Virus record (IMG/VR): IMGVR_UViG_3300043101_000273
Reading direction: 5' to 3' (one strand)
DNA length: 64,000 nucleotides
Source of the DNA: an uncultured virus (IMG/VR IMGVR_UViG_3300043101_000273)
Taxonomy: Duplodnaviria > Heunggongvirae > Uroviricota > Caudoviricetes
Below are positions 11,689 to 20,636 of this stretch, piece after piece. The notes beneath the pieces are model-generated. The model had not been told where the DNA came from. It saw only the letters and a program-made list of their open reading frames with translations, and did not search any database. The first letter of the stretch is position 1. Every line of letters starts with the position of its first letter. A program made the translations under genes and the position numbers.

Positions 11689-12639
11689 TTATCTTTCGAA
11701 TATAACTTTTTTACCATAAGTAATTTTTATTATATGCTCTGTTGTTAAAATTACATTATCCTTATTGTAATAATATCCTACACCTAATTCATTAAGTGTC
11801 TTTTTTGCACTAGCACCATTATAAAAGCAATAAGCATCAAGCTCGGTTCTGTTATTAAGGCAATTAAGTAATCTTGGTATTTCCATCTTTTCTGTCGCAG
11901 TAGTGTTGTTTATCTTAAAAGTAACATTTACTGTTTTTGCTGTATCTTTTATTGATGATAAACCGTCTGCAATATCTTTTTCCCAATTTTCAATATTTTC
12001 ATTATTAGCAATTAAGTTTTCAATATATACAGTTTTAGATTTAATACCTAAAAGCCTTTTTTCATTTTTAGCTATAAGATTTTTAATTGAATTTTCTATC
12101 GGGTTATAACCGCAGATATCACTCAAAATATTGTTTTTGGATAATTCAATTTTTTTCTCATAACTCATAATATTATCTAATGGTTTTTTACCATAAATCT
12201 GACAGTACCTTGCTTCATTCTTCAATCTTTCGATTGTGGTTTCAGTAAAATCAGATACAGGATTGATATTATCATAGTATTCTTTTACTGCATCATTTAA
12301 CTGTTCATTGTATTCTGCAATAATATCAGACAACATCTTCACATTGCTAGGCAACTGTTCTCCATTATCGGGATGAGTTGAAAACATATATTCATCAACA
12401 ATATAGTAATTATCATCCTTTACAATCATTGTAAAGTTATAACTATATGTTTTTCTAAGTCCATTGATAAAGCTTTCAATTGCTTCATCATTAGAATAGA
12501 AATATTCAGAATATACATACTTTGCTTTAAAAACTTCCGTAACAGTAACAATATATGTTCGATTTTTAATAAAGAAAATAAAACTATTCTTGTTTTCCTT
12601 AATTCCCTGTTCAAATTTCTCAAATAATTCTTTATTCAT
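11689..12639 (-). CDS. Hypothetical protein, family A paralog 4
   Basis: Paralogy, RBS, promoter -35 at 12735. Confidence 0.9.
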   Translation of the reverse strand: MNKELFEKFEQGIKENKNSFIFFIKNRTYIVTVTEVFKAKYVYSEYFYSNDEAIESFINGLRKTYSYNFTMIVKDDNYYIVDEYMFSTHPDNGEQLPSNVKMLSDIIAEYNEQLNDAVKEYYDNINPVSDFTETTIERLKNEARYCQIYGKKPLDNIMSYEKKIELSKNNILSDICGYNPIENSIKNLIAKNEKRLLGIKSKTVYIENLIANNENIENWEKDIADGLSSIKDTAKTVNVTFKINNTTATEKMEIPRLLNCLNNRTELDAYCFYNGASAKKTLNELGVGYYYNKDNVILTTEHIIKITYGKKVIFER

Positions 12640-12975
12640 AATAAAATCCTCCTTAAAGATATTTAATAATTGTGTGTGATTGTTAAGTGTTTATCTCTTA
12701 ACTTGTTATTATTATACTATACTTTTTTATATTTTGTCAAGTACTTTTTTTGAAAAAATATAACTATTTTTTAAATAGTAATCAACTATATTTTATTTGT
12801 ATTTTTTATTATATACCCTATTAAAAGACCGAAGGGAATATATAAATATCTTATTTATAGTGTTTATATTGAGCCTGTGGCAGCGTTTAAACATTAAGAA
12901 AAAGAATTGTGAATAAAATTTACATTTAAGTTTTATATATATTGTTTTTATACATATTATTTTTTATATATTATC

Positions 12976-13203
12976 TTAGATGTTTTTACTCATAAGCTCA
13001 TCTACTGTTACAAAAATGCCTTTTTCCCATCTTACATCTTCGATGAGATTTTCAAGAGTTTTTTCAGATATTGCATCTCCAATTTTAGCACCACTCCTAC
13101 TAAAACATTGGTAATACTTTTCACCACCTAAATATCCAATAAATCTATACTCATCCATATTATTTTGTTTTAATATCTTGTTACCTTTCATTAAATCAAA
13201 CAT
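12976..13203 (-). CDS. Small hypothetical protein, weakly similar to 15842..16147
   Basis: AAGGAGG RBS; shared Y.[FY]IG..Y motif. Confidence 0.8.
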   Translation of the reverse strand: MFDLMKGNKILKQNNMDEYRFIGYLGGEKYYQCFSRSGAKIGDAISEKTLENLIEDVRWEKGIFVTVDELMSKNI

Positions 13204-13234
13204 AATTAAATCCTCCTTGTTTTTTTAATATATA

Positions 13235-13450
13235 TCAAGCAATTACCCATCCTATACCGTCAACTTTAGTTTCAATTTTACATTTGTCAAGTACGTTTTT
13301 AACATTACTACTAATAGTAGTAGGCTTTTCTTTTTTTACCATTCTGTTATAAATATCTATAAGTTCATAAACATCATTTAATGTTACAAAAACACCTTTT
13401 ACTTTTTCTCCGTTTATCCAATTTTCAATGTATTTCCTTAATTGTGCCAT
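13235..13450 (-). CDS. Small hypothetical protein (ends GIGWVIA)
   Basis: AAGGAGG RBS; promoter -35 at 13540. Confidence 0.8.
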   Translation of the reverse strand: MAQLRKYIENWINGEKVKGVFVTLNDVYELIDIYNRMVKKEKPTTISSNVKNVLDKCKIETKVDGIGWVIA

Positions 13451-13751
13451 ACTAAAATCCTCCTTATATTGTTTAATAAAGTATGTATATCACTAAGTAT
13501 CTCTTAGCTTGTTTATATTATACTACATTTTTTACAATTTGTCAAGCACTTTTTTTGAAAATTTTAAAATTATTTGTATTGCTGCGTCATAAAGTATAAA
13601 ACGCTTTATTTTGCGTTATATAGACGTTTATATTTAGGTAATATATTTTATCAAGCTAATATAAACAAACCTCATACAACGCAAAATACAAGGGATATAA
13701 CGGCATTTATTCTGTAATAAAAAGCGGACTTATTAAAGTCCGCTTAATTCA

Positions 13752-14912
13752 TTAAAAATTGCTTTTGAATCTGTTTAATCCATTAGTAACAACATTGTTA
13801 GTGCCTACTGGCAATATAGGCAATACAAGGAAATTATAATCACCGTCACCAGTAAAATATGTGATTGCCTTTTCATTATTAAAGCTGTATTCAACTTTAT
13901 TTGTATCAATGTTTGAAATGATATCATACAAGTATGAAGGATTATAGCAAACATAAAACTCACTGTTTATATTTACACTATCCGTTGTTATTTCATCCAT
14001 ACTATCGATTTTACCATTAGTAACAAAAGAATACAATTTGTTATTATCTGCGTGCATAAAAATCGGGTTATCCTTTGGACTTGTAATAATATCACAATCG
14101 TATTTAAGTACATTCAAAAAGTCACTTGTATCTATAATTGCTTTTTGTGTGGTGCTTGATATGCCATCAAATAATTTTTTAACATTAAGAAATTCAAGAT
14201 TGAGTTTACGCTGCGTATATCTAAAACCATTACCACTAACAACAACGCATTTATTACCTTGTGATACTACTACTGTACTTGTATCTTTTTTATCAATGAG
14301 TTTTTTAAACATTGCCATATTGTTACTGTTTATAAGTACGTTTGTTTTATTTTCAATTGTAGTGTTATTCATTGTACGGGTTACAGCTTTATAGCCATCG
14401 CACGCTTCAACTTGATTTTCTAAGGTATTGAAATTGACACATTCAAGTGCTTTTCGCACACTGTTTTTGTCGGTGAAATTTACAAGTCTTGCCATTGTAT
14501 CAATGAACCAGTCTGCGGTAGTGGTGAAAATTGTATTCTCATTTTTATCATTTACAAGATGTGAAAAATCAGTAGGTTCATATCCCATAAGAGTTATTTT
14601 CTTTTTGCCACAAGTGATATTTACATTTTTATTATCTGTATCATATGCAAAGTAAACATCGCCACTCAATTTTGTGATTGCCTTTATATCCTCATAATCA
14701 ATTGCAAAACTATCTATATCATAATCATATTTTGCATTAAGATATATTTCAAGCATTTGGTCTGAATGCCCTGTAATCAACTTTAAACCATTGATATCAT
14801 TTACAAAATTGATATGCTTGTAGTTTTCAAAACCACTCTTTTTATCAATGGCAGTAACAACCTTTTCCATAGCCTTTTTTATTTCCTTTGATGCAACCAT
14901 AATATTTTTCAT
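13752..14912 (-). CDS. dnaN: DNA polymerase III beta sliding clamp-like protein
   Basis: 386 aa; ACDGYKAV (cf. ATDGHRLA), YNPSYLYDII, C-terminal FLVLPI as in beta clamps; divergent. Confidence 0.75.
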   Translation of the reverse strand: MKNIMVASKEIKKAMEKVVTAIDKKSGFENYKHINFVNDINGLKLITGHSDQMLEIYLNAKYDYDIDSFAIDYEDIKAITKLSGDVYFAYDTDNKNVNITCGKKKITLMGYEPTDFSHLVNDKNENTIFTTTADWFIDTMARLVNFTDKNSVRKALECVNFNTLENQVEACDGYKAVTRTMNNTTIENKTNVLINSNNMAMFKKLIDKKDTSTVVVSQGNKCVVVSGNGFRYTQRKLNLEFLNVKKLFDGISSTTQKAIIDTSDFLNVLKYDCDIITSPKDNPIFMHADNNKLYSFVTNGKIDSMDEITTDSVNINSEFYVCYNPSYLYDIISNIDTNKVEYSFNNEKAITYFTGDGDYNFLVLPILPVGTNNVVTNGLNRFKSNF

Positions 14913-15078
14913 AATAAAAATCCTCCTTGTGTTATATATTGTTTTGTTTTGTAAAAATAAATGTGTGTGTGTTTTGTTTTTTATTTATTATCATTATACC
15001 ACGTTTTTTATAATTTGTCAACTACTTTTTTTATTTTTTTGAGTGTAGGATAGGCTTTTTACAGCTTATCCTTTTTTA

Positions 15079-15291
15079 TTACTCTTTAATGTTATTTATC
15101 ATTCTAGTTATTGATATTTCCGCTTTACTCTTTAAATAAAGAAAACTTAATTGACTTGTGTATTCTGCCTTTAACTGTTCAATAGTTGAAATTTTCTTTT
15201 CCAACATTTCATATTCACACATTAAACCTCTATCATAAAGAGTATCAATCTTTTCCATCATATTTACAAACTTTTCAACACTATATTCCAT
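15079..15291 (-). CDS. Small hypothetical protein
   Basis: RBS, promoter -35 at 15374, terminator. Confidence 0.8.
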   Translation of the reverse strand: MEYSVEKFVNMMEKIDTLYDRGLMCEYEMLEKKISTIEQLKAEYTSQLSFLYLKSKAEISITRMINNIKE

Positions 15292-15426
15292 ATTAAAATC
15301 CTCCTTTAAAATTGTATGTATATGTGTTTGCTATCTCTTAGCTTGCTTATATTATACTACACTTTTTATAATTTGTCAAGAACTTTTTTGAAAAAATTAA
15401 AAATTTTTTATTATTTTAAAATAAAA

Positions 15427-15632
15427 TCCGCTCGAGCGGAAAAACTCGAGCGGTCGTTAATTTTTTAATAAACAATGTTTAACTATTTTAAAATTAAAAT
15501 TATATGTATAAAAATACAAATCCTTATTTTAAAGGGTTTCAAGATTTTTTAATTGTTATTTGTTTAACAATATTACATAATGTGGATATAAAATATATTA
15601 CAATACACATAACTATGTTAAAAATTTAACAA
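15427..15632. repeat. Triple-operator element, copy 3
   Basis: TCCGCTCGAGCGGA palindrome; sites at 15454, 15553, 15615. Confidence 0.8.
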
Positions 15633-15841
15633 TATTGTTTTTTGCAATAAAAAAAGAATGATATATAATACATTTATTATAGCATAAACTAACATATAAG
15701 TCAATAAAAAAGGCGGTATAATACCACCTTTTTTACATTAAGAATATTTAGAAAAATATTTAGAGATATATTTAGAAAAGTGTTTAGAAATATGTTTAAT
15801 AAATTAGATGTTCATTATTAAATGTATACTTATGCTTTTTA

Positions 15842-16147
15842 TCAACAATCTATTTTATCTAACCACTTTTCAAACTCCGCTTTTTCCTGTTCATAATATT
15901 TGTTATATTCTTCCAAGCTCATATCGTTATACTCTTTTTCAAGTTTTTCGCTAATATCAATCTGTTCTATGATTTTTTCAAAATCTCTATTTGTAATTGG
16001 CTCATCAATCGAAGTATTAGTGCCAGCGATATAGTTCTGATACATTCTTTCCTTATATCCTCTTGAGCTAGTATAAAAACCTATATACTCATAACTTCCA
16101 TTATAGCCTCTTTTTTCCAATTCCCTATTAAATTCTCTTAAAGTCAT
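15842..16147 (-). CDS. Hypothetical protein
   Basis: AAGGGAG RBS; ORF. Confidence 0.8.
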   Translation of the reverse strand: MTLREFNRELEKRGYNGSYEYIGFYTSSRGYKERMYQNYIAGTNTSIDEPITNRDFEKIIEQIDISEKLEKEYNDMSLEEYNKYYEQEKAEFEKWLDKIDC

Positions 16148-16207
16148 AAATTATAATCTCCCTTCGATTTTTCAAAAATAGTGTGCTGCGTCCATATAAA
16201 TGTTTTT

Positions 16208-16447
16208 TCAAGCTTTCCAATATTTCTGTATTCCCGATATATGATAAATTGAATTTTCAATATATCTATTGTTTTTTAAAGATTCTGTATTGATTATAAT
16301 GTTTTCGATTTTTTTCATATAATCAGCATTTCTAATTCTAAACTCTTTTATATAGTTTTCGTCAATTAAAATATTAAGTTTGCTATTTTGTAAATCATCC
16401 GTAGTGTTATTAAAAACATAATAACAAAATTCTAAATTTTTCATCAT
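16208..16447 (-). CDS. Small hypothetical protein
   Basis: AAGGAGG RBS; promoter -35 at 16537. Confidence 0.75.
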   Translation of the reverse strand: MMKNLEFCYYVFNNTTDDLQNSKLNILIDENYIKEFRIRNADYMKKIENIIINTESLKNNRYIENSIYHISGIQKYWKA

Positions 16448-17112
16448 ATTGAAAACCTCCTTAAAAAATATATGTGTGTATTATTAAGAATTACGTACTC
16501 TTAATTTGTTATCATTATACTACATTTTTTATATTTTGTCAATATCTTTTTTTGAATTTCATAATATATTTTTGAATAATAAAAAACGCTGCGTCATATC
16601 TGTTATTCTTAAAAAATCAATATATACTTATTATAAGTGTTTTGTAAAACAATTCGGCAGTATTATTTTTATTATATATAATGATATGTTTTTTAACAAT
16701 ATATAATTTAATGATTGAATAACTTTATATTAAACTATCTATATATTAAGAATTAAATATATAAATACTTTTTTGCAATTGAATATCTTCCTATTATATG
16801 CAAGTAAATTGTATATCGTTTTTTATATATCTTCCTTTATTTATAATTCTTTTATGAGCTGATTATTCCTTATTACAAGACGTTAAAATGTTGAGTAGTA
16901 TTTTTCACCTAGCAATTTATTTAACCACCCTGTGAGCGTATTAAACCGCTTTATAAGCGGTTATTATTATTTATACTTTATTATACAGGTTCATTATATT
17001 TTCAGACACTATATGTTTAATTCATAATCAATATTTTTCGATATACCTTTATAAGGTACGTTACAATAACCATAGTAATATTAATTATATTTATATATCA
17101 GTTGATATAAAT

Positions 17113-17324
17113 ACTCGAGCGGTTGTTAATTTTTTAACAAACAATCTTTTTATTTAATTTTGTATATATTACTAATCATCAGAATATTTTATATATATTA
17201 TTATACAACAATAATAAAAACAAGGTGTTTTTACTTTAAAAACCCTGTTATTTATTTAACAATAATTTATGGTGCAGAAATAAGAATTTTTATTTTGGAT
17301 ATATAATTGTTAAAAATTTAACAA
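17113..17324. repeat. Triple-operator element, copy 4 (extra single site at 17558)
   Basis: ACTCGAGCGG followed by sites at 17123, 17245, 17307. Confidence 0.75.
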
Positions 17325-18390
17325 AACATAATTAAAAAATTATAATTAAAATTATATTTATAAGCAAAAATTATATACTGCCAATTTTTACCAATTTACA
17401 AAATAAAATATATAAATTATGGTACAAGATTCAAAATAAAATATTATATTATTTTTTAATAAAATGTTGCATAATCATAAAAAGTATGTTATAATTATGG
17501 TATAATGCAAAAACTATAATTATACAAAAATATATAATAAAAACTCGAGCGGAGAGATTGTTAAAAATTTAACAATATTGTAAAGGTTTTTAACAATCTT
17601 TTAGTGCCTGCTGCGTCCGTTTATAGCCTATTAGAATTGCTTAGAATAGACGTAAAGAACGTGCGTAATTTCCTTTGTGCAACATTTCAAGCGGTAAAAT
17701 AACAAGAATATAATCAAAAAATCGTTTATTTACAGTATATTCAAGACTTTATTATCAGAACCGAATCAATGGTATATGACTAACTTTTTTACCCATTGTG
17801 TACAAAACGCATAAAAAAAAGGCTTATTAAATGAGTTGATAAAAAACCGTTGTTAAAACTAGACAATAAAATTATAACTTTACAATACTGTAATTATATA
17901 CTATTCATAAATTGTTACAAAAATGTAACAATTTGTTGCAATATTGTTAAGCTGAAAATGTATTGATAAATAGTACGCAGTGTGGTATAATATAGATAGT
18001 TGATAAGAAAACATTAAATATGAAGTATTATTCAACACAGCAACACAGGAATAGATTGAAAATTTTTTAACAAACTCCATAATATTGTTTGACAGGGATA
18101 TGTTATCTTAAACATTATAACAAAAATATTATAATGTTTATCACGGGTAAGTTATACGCTAAAAGGTATAGAGTTGAACCTATAACTATAATAGGAATAG
18201 GATTTTCCTATTATAGGAAAAATGTTATAATCAATATAGCATAGGCGTTATGTTGAAAATTGGGAATTTTTCCATTTTTTGGAATCTTTCCAATGTTTCA
18301 ATAAAAATAACTTTTATATCTCCTCAACAATATTGCTATTATCGTAAAATGTTAAATACAACATAAGTGATATAATATGGAGGTTTCGTT

Positions 18391-18885
18391 ATGAAAAATT
18401 TAATTACTAAAGTTGCAGTAAGTGTTATAATGTGTTTATCGTTGATAATCAACGTACAAGCAAGAGAATTACCATTAACAAGAGGTATTAATAGTTATTC
18501 AAATGCTACAATCGAAGATATTCAAAAGATTACAGCAGGTACAAGATTATCAGGATATGAACAAGTCATATTAGACACGGAAAGAGAATATGAAGTAAAT
18601 GCGTTCTTTATCTTAGCTGTTGCTCAGGCAGAGACAGGATTTGGAAATGCAGGAGTAGGCAGGTCAAGAAATAATTGCTTTGGAACAACAGATGGTCATG
18701 GTTATGCTTATTACAGTAATACTGGTGAAAGCGTTAAAGCATTTGGTTCTAATATCAAAAGAAATTATTTCGATAAAGGACTTTATACTTTACCTAAGAT
18801 TGGTGCTAAGTATTGTACCAGTTATGGTTGGGCTAAGACAGTTGAAAATAATATCAACTCTATCTATAATAAGATGAATAAGTAA
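18391..18885 (+). CDS. Secreted GH73-like glucosaminidase (peptidoglycan hydrolase)
   Basis: Signal peptide ending VQA; AQAETGFG catalytic Glu, NNCFG, KYC...W motifs; GGAGG RBS. Confidence 0.85.
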   Translation: MKNLITKVAVSVIMCLSLIINVQARELPLTRGINSYSNATIEDIQKITAGTRLSGYEQVILDTEREYEVNAFFILAVAQAETGFGNAGVGRSRNNCFGTTDGHGYAYYSNTGESVKAFGSNIKRNYFDKGLYTLPKIGAKYCTSYGWAKTVENNINSIYNKMNK

Positions 18886-19713
18886 TTTGTTTTTTTAATT
18901 ATTTATTTGTTAAAAAAATAAAAATTATCTAATATAATAGGAAGTAGTTTTTCTTTCCCGTTATTCTTTTCTTTTATTATATTTTAAAAAAATAGCATAA
19001 AATAAAAAATTAAAAAGTATAGAAACTTAGTGGATATAATTTAAGAAAAGTTTTCAAAGAAAGATTATACATATTGCTTTATTAAATAGGTAACTTCTAT
19101 TAGATAATATTATTTTTTAAAATTATAGAAAAGTCGAGAGTTTGTTAAAAATTGTTTGGCATTCAATTTATTTCTTTTTTAGAGTTTTATTATTATAATA
19201 TTTTTATTAAAGCCGAGAGTGATTTCCTCGGCTTTAGTTATTTTTACATAAAAAATATAATTTTTTATAAATAACTACTTGACAAATAACAAAGAATATA
19301 TTATAATGTTTATTGTAATTGAAATGGCTGATATTTCAATTTTCTTTGTTTCTTGTAACAAGGTTTATAAGATAAGAATAAATATTATTTACTTTTAAAA
19401 TTAAGTTCTGAAATATTTTATTGGATTTCCGCTCCAATAGGAGTTTCTTCTTTACATACTGAATTTAATATATGGGTAAAAATGTTTATTCTTAATTATA
19501 AGCCTAAAATTACAAAAATGAGTTATACCCTGACAGGGTAGTAAAATTGGATTTTTCAACTACCCTGAATGGTAACAATATTATTAATCCTTTTTAGCAT
19601 ACAGTTCAAAAAAACACTGCATTAATCTAAAAACAACACGCTTATATAAACACAAATTGTATGCTAAAAGGTTAATATATTAAATAGTACAGTTAAGAGG
19701 AAGGAAGTAATAT

Positions 19714-19869
19714 ATGAAAGAATATATAAATACTATTTTATACAAAAAATATACTGCAAATATTCATAAAATGAATTTAATAGAAAGAATAAAAACTTAT
19801 ATATTATATAAGAAACATATAAAACGACTTTATTCTATAAATAAAGTAAAAAACAAATGTACTTTCTAA
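19714..19869 (+). CDS. Small basic protein, 51 aa
   Basis: Purine-rich RBS; ORF directly upstream of tRNA-Gln. Confidence 0.45.
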   Translation: MKEYINTILYKKYTANIHKMNLIERIKTYILYKKHIKRLYSINKVKNKCTF

Positions 19870-19893
19870 AAAGTATATAAAAAGTTTTAATAA

Positions 19894-19965
19894 TGAGCTA
19901 TAGTATAACGGTTAGTACATCAGATTTTGATTCTGAAAGCCCCAGTTCGATTCTGGGTAGCTCCG
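19894..19965 (+). tRNA. trnQ: tRNA-Gln(TTG)
   Basis: Cloverleaf: GAGCTA/TAGCTC acceptor (1:72 mismatch), anticodon arm TCAGA-TTTTGAT-TCTGA, T-arm CCCAG-TTCGATT-CTGGG; no encoded CCA. Confidence 0.93.
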
Positions 19966-20086
19966 CTCTTCATTTTTAAATAATTTTTTGTTGATGACCT
20001 TTTTTAGTAATCCCAAGTATAATAAATAAAAAAATATTTTTTAAAAAGTACTTGACAAATACTAAAAAATATAGTATAATATACTT

Positions 20087-20537
20087 GTGTCAATCAAAAA
20101 GAAACATTCTATGTTTCATTTTCTCCTAAGGGGAGTTTTTAAAAAAGCTCCCCCCTGAAATTTTAAAAATAATTTAAAAAAGTTGAAAAAAGTACTTGAC
20201 AAATAGCAAAAAAAATAGTATAATATATTTGTAATCAAGAAAGACTAAAAGACAACAACTAAAAAAACATGTTTGGTTGTTGTAGATAGATATAAAAATC
20301 TTCTTTTAGAAAAAAAGTGTGTGTGTGAAAAAGAGTGGATATTTTATCCGCTCTTTTTTCTTTCTAAAAATATTAAAAAAATGCTTGACAAAGGTTTAAT
20401 TATATAGTATAATATATTCGTGGTTAAGGGAAGAACCACAAGGGTTTGTATGTTTTCATATCGTACAAATTCCTCCTCGTAAGTAAGTTTTTTAGAGTTT
20501 TTGACAAAGAAGGGAGCATCAGGCAGCTCTCTTTTTT
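20087..20537 (+). ncRNA. Three tandem ORF-less promoter-terminator units (candidate sRNAs ~20087-20160, ~20231-20360, ~20420-20537)
   Basis: TTGACA-17-TATAAT at 20052, 20196, 20385, each followed by 70-130 nt ending in a GC hairpin; contain TTCTCCT, GTGTGTGTGTG and TTCCTCCT. Confidence 0.65.
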
Positions 20538-20636
20538 GTTGTGTGATTTTTCAAAAATACGTTGACAAAGAATAAAAAATGTGCTATAATTCATTTGTAC
20601 TTAAAAAACACATTACGAAAAAAGGAGGAAGATAGT

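Larger units (their letters stand above)
1150..16545 (-). promoter_or_regulatory. Series of ~16 near-consensus sigma-A promoters with a conserved leader, each driving a minus-strand cassette
   Basis: TTGACA-17-TATAAT on the minus strand; -35 boxes (tgtcaa on +) at 1252, 1875, 2454, 4242, 5585, 6545, 7297, 8051, 9340, 11013, 12735, 13540, 15016, 15374, 16537, plus a TTAACA variant near 11387; usually followed by CACAC-rich leader and AAGGAG(G). Confidence 0.9.
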
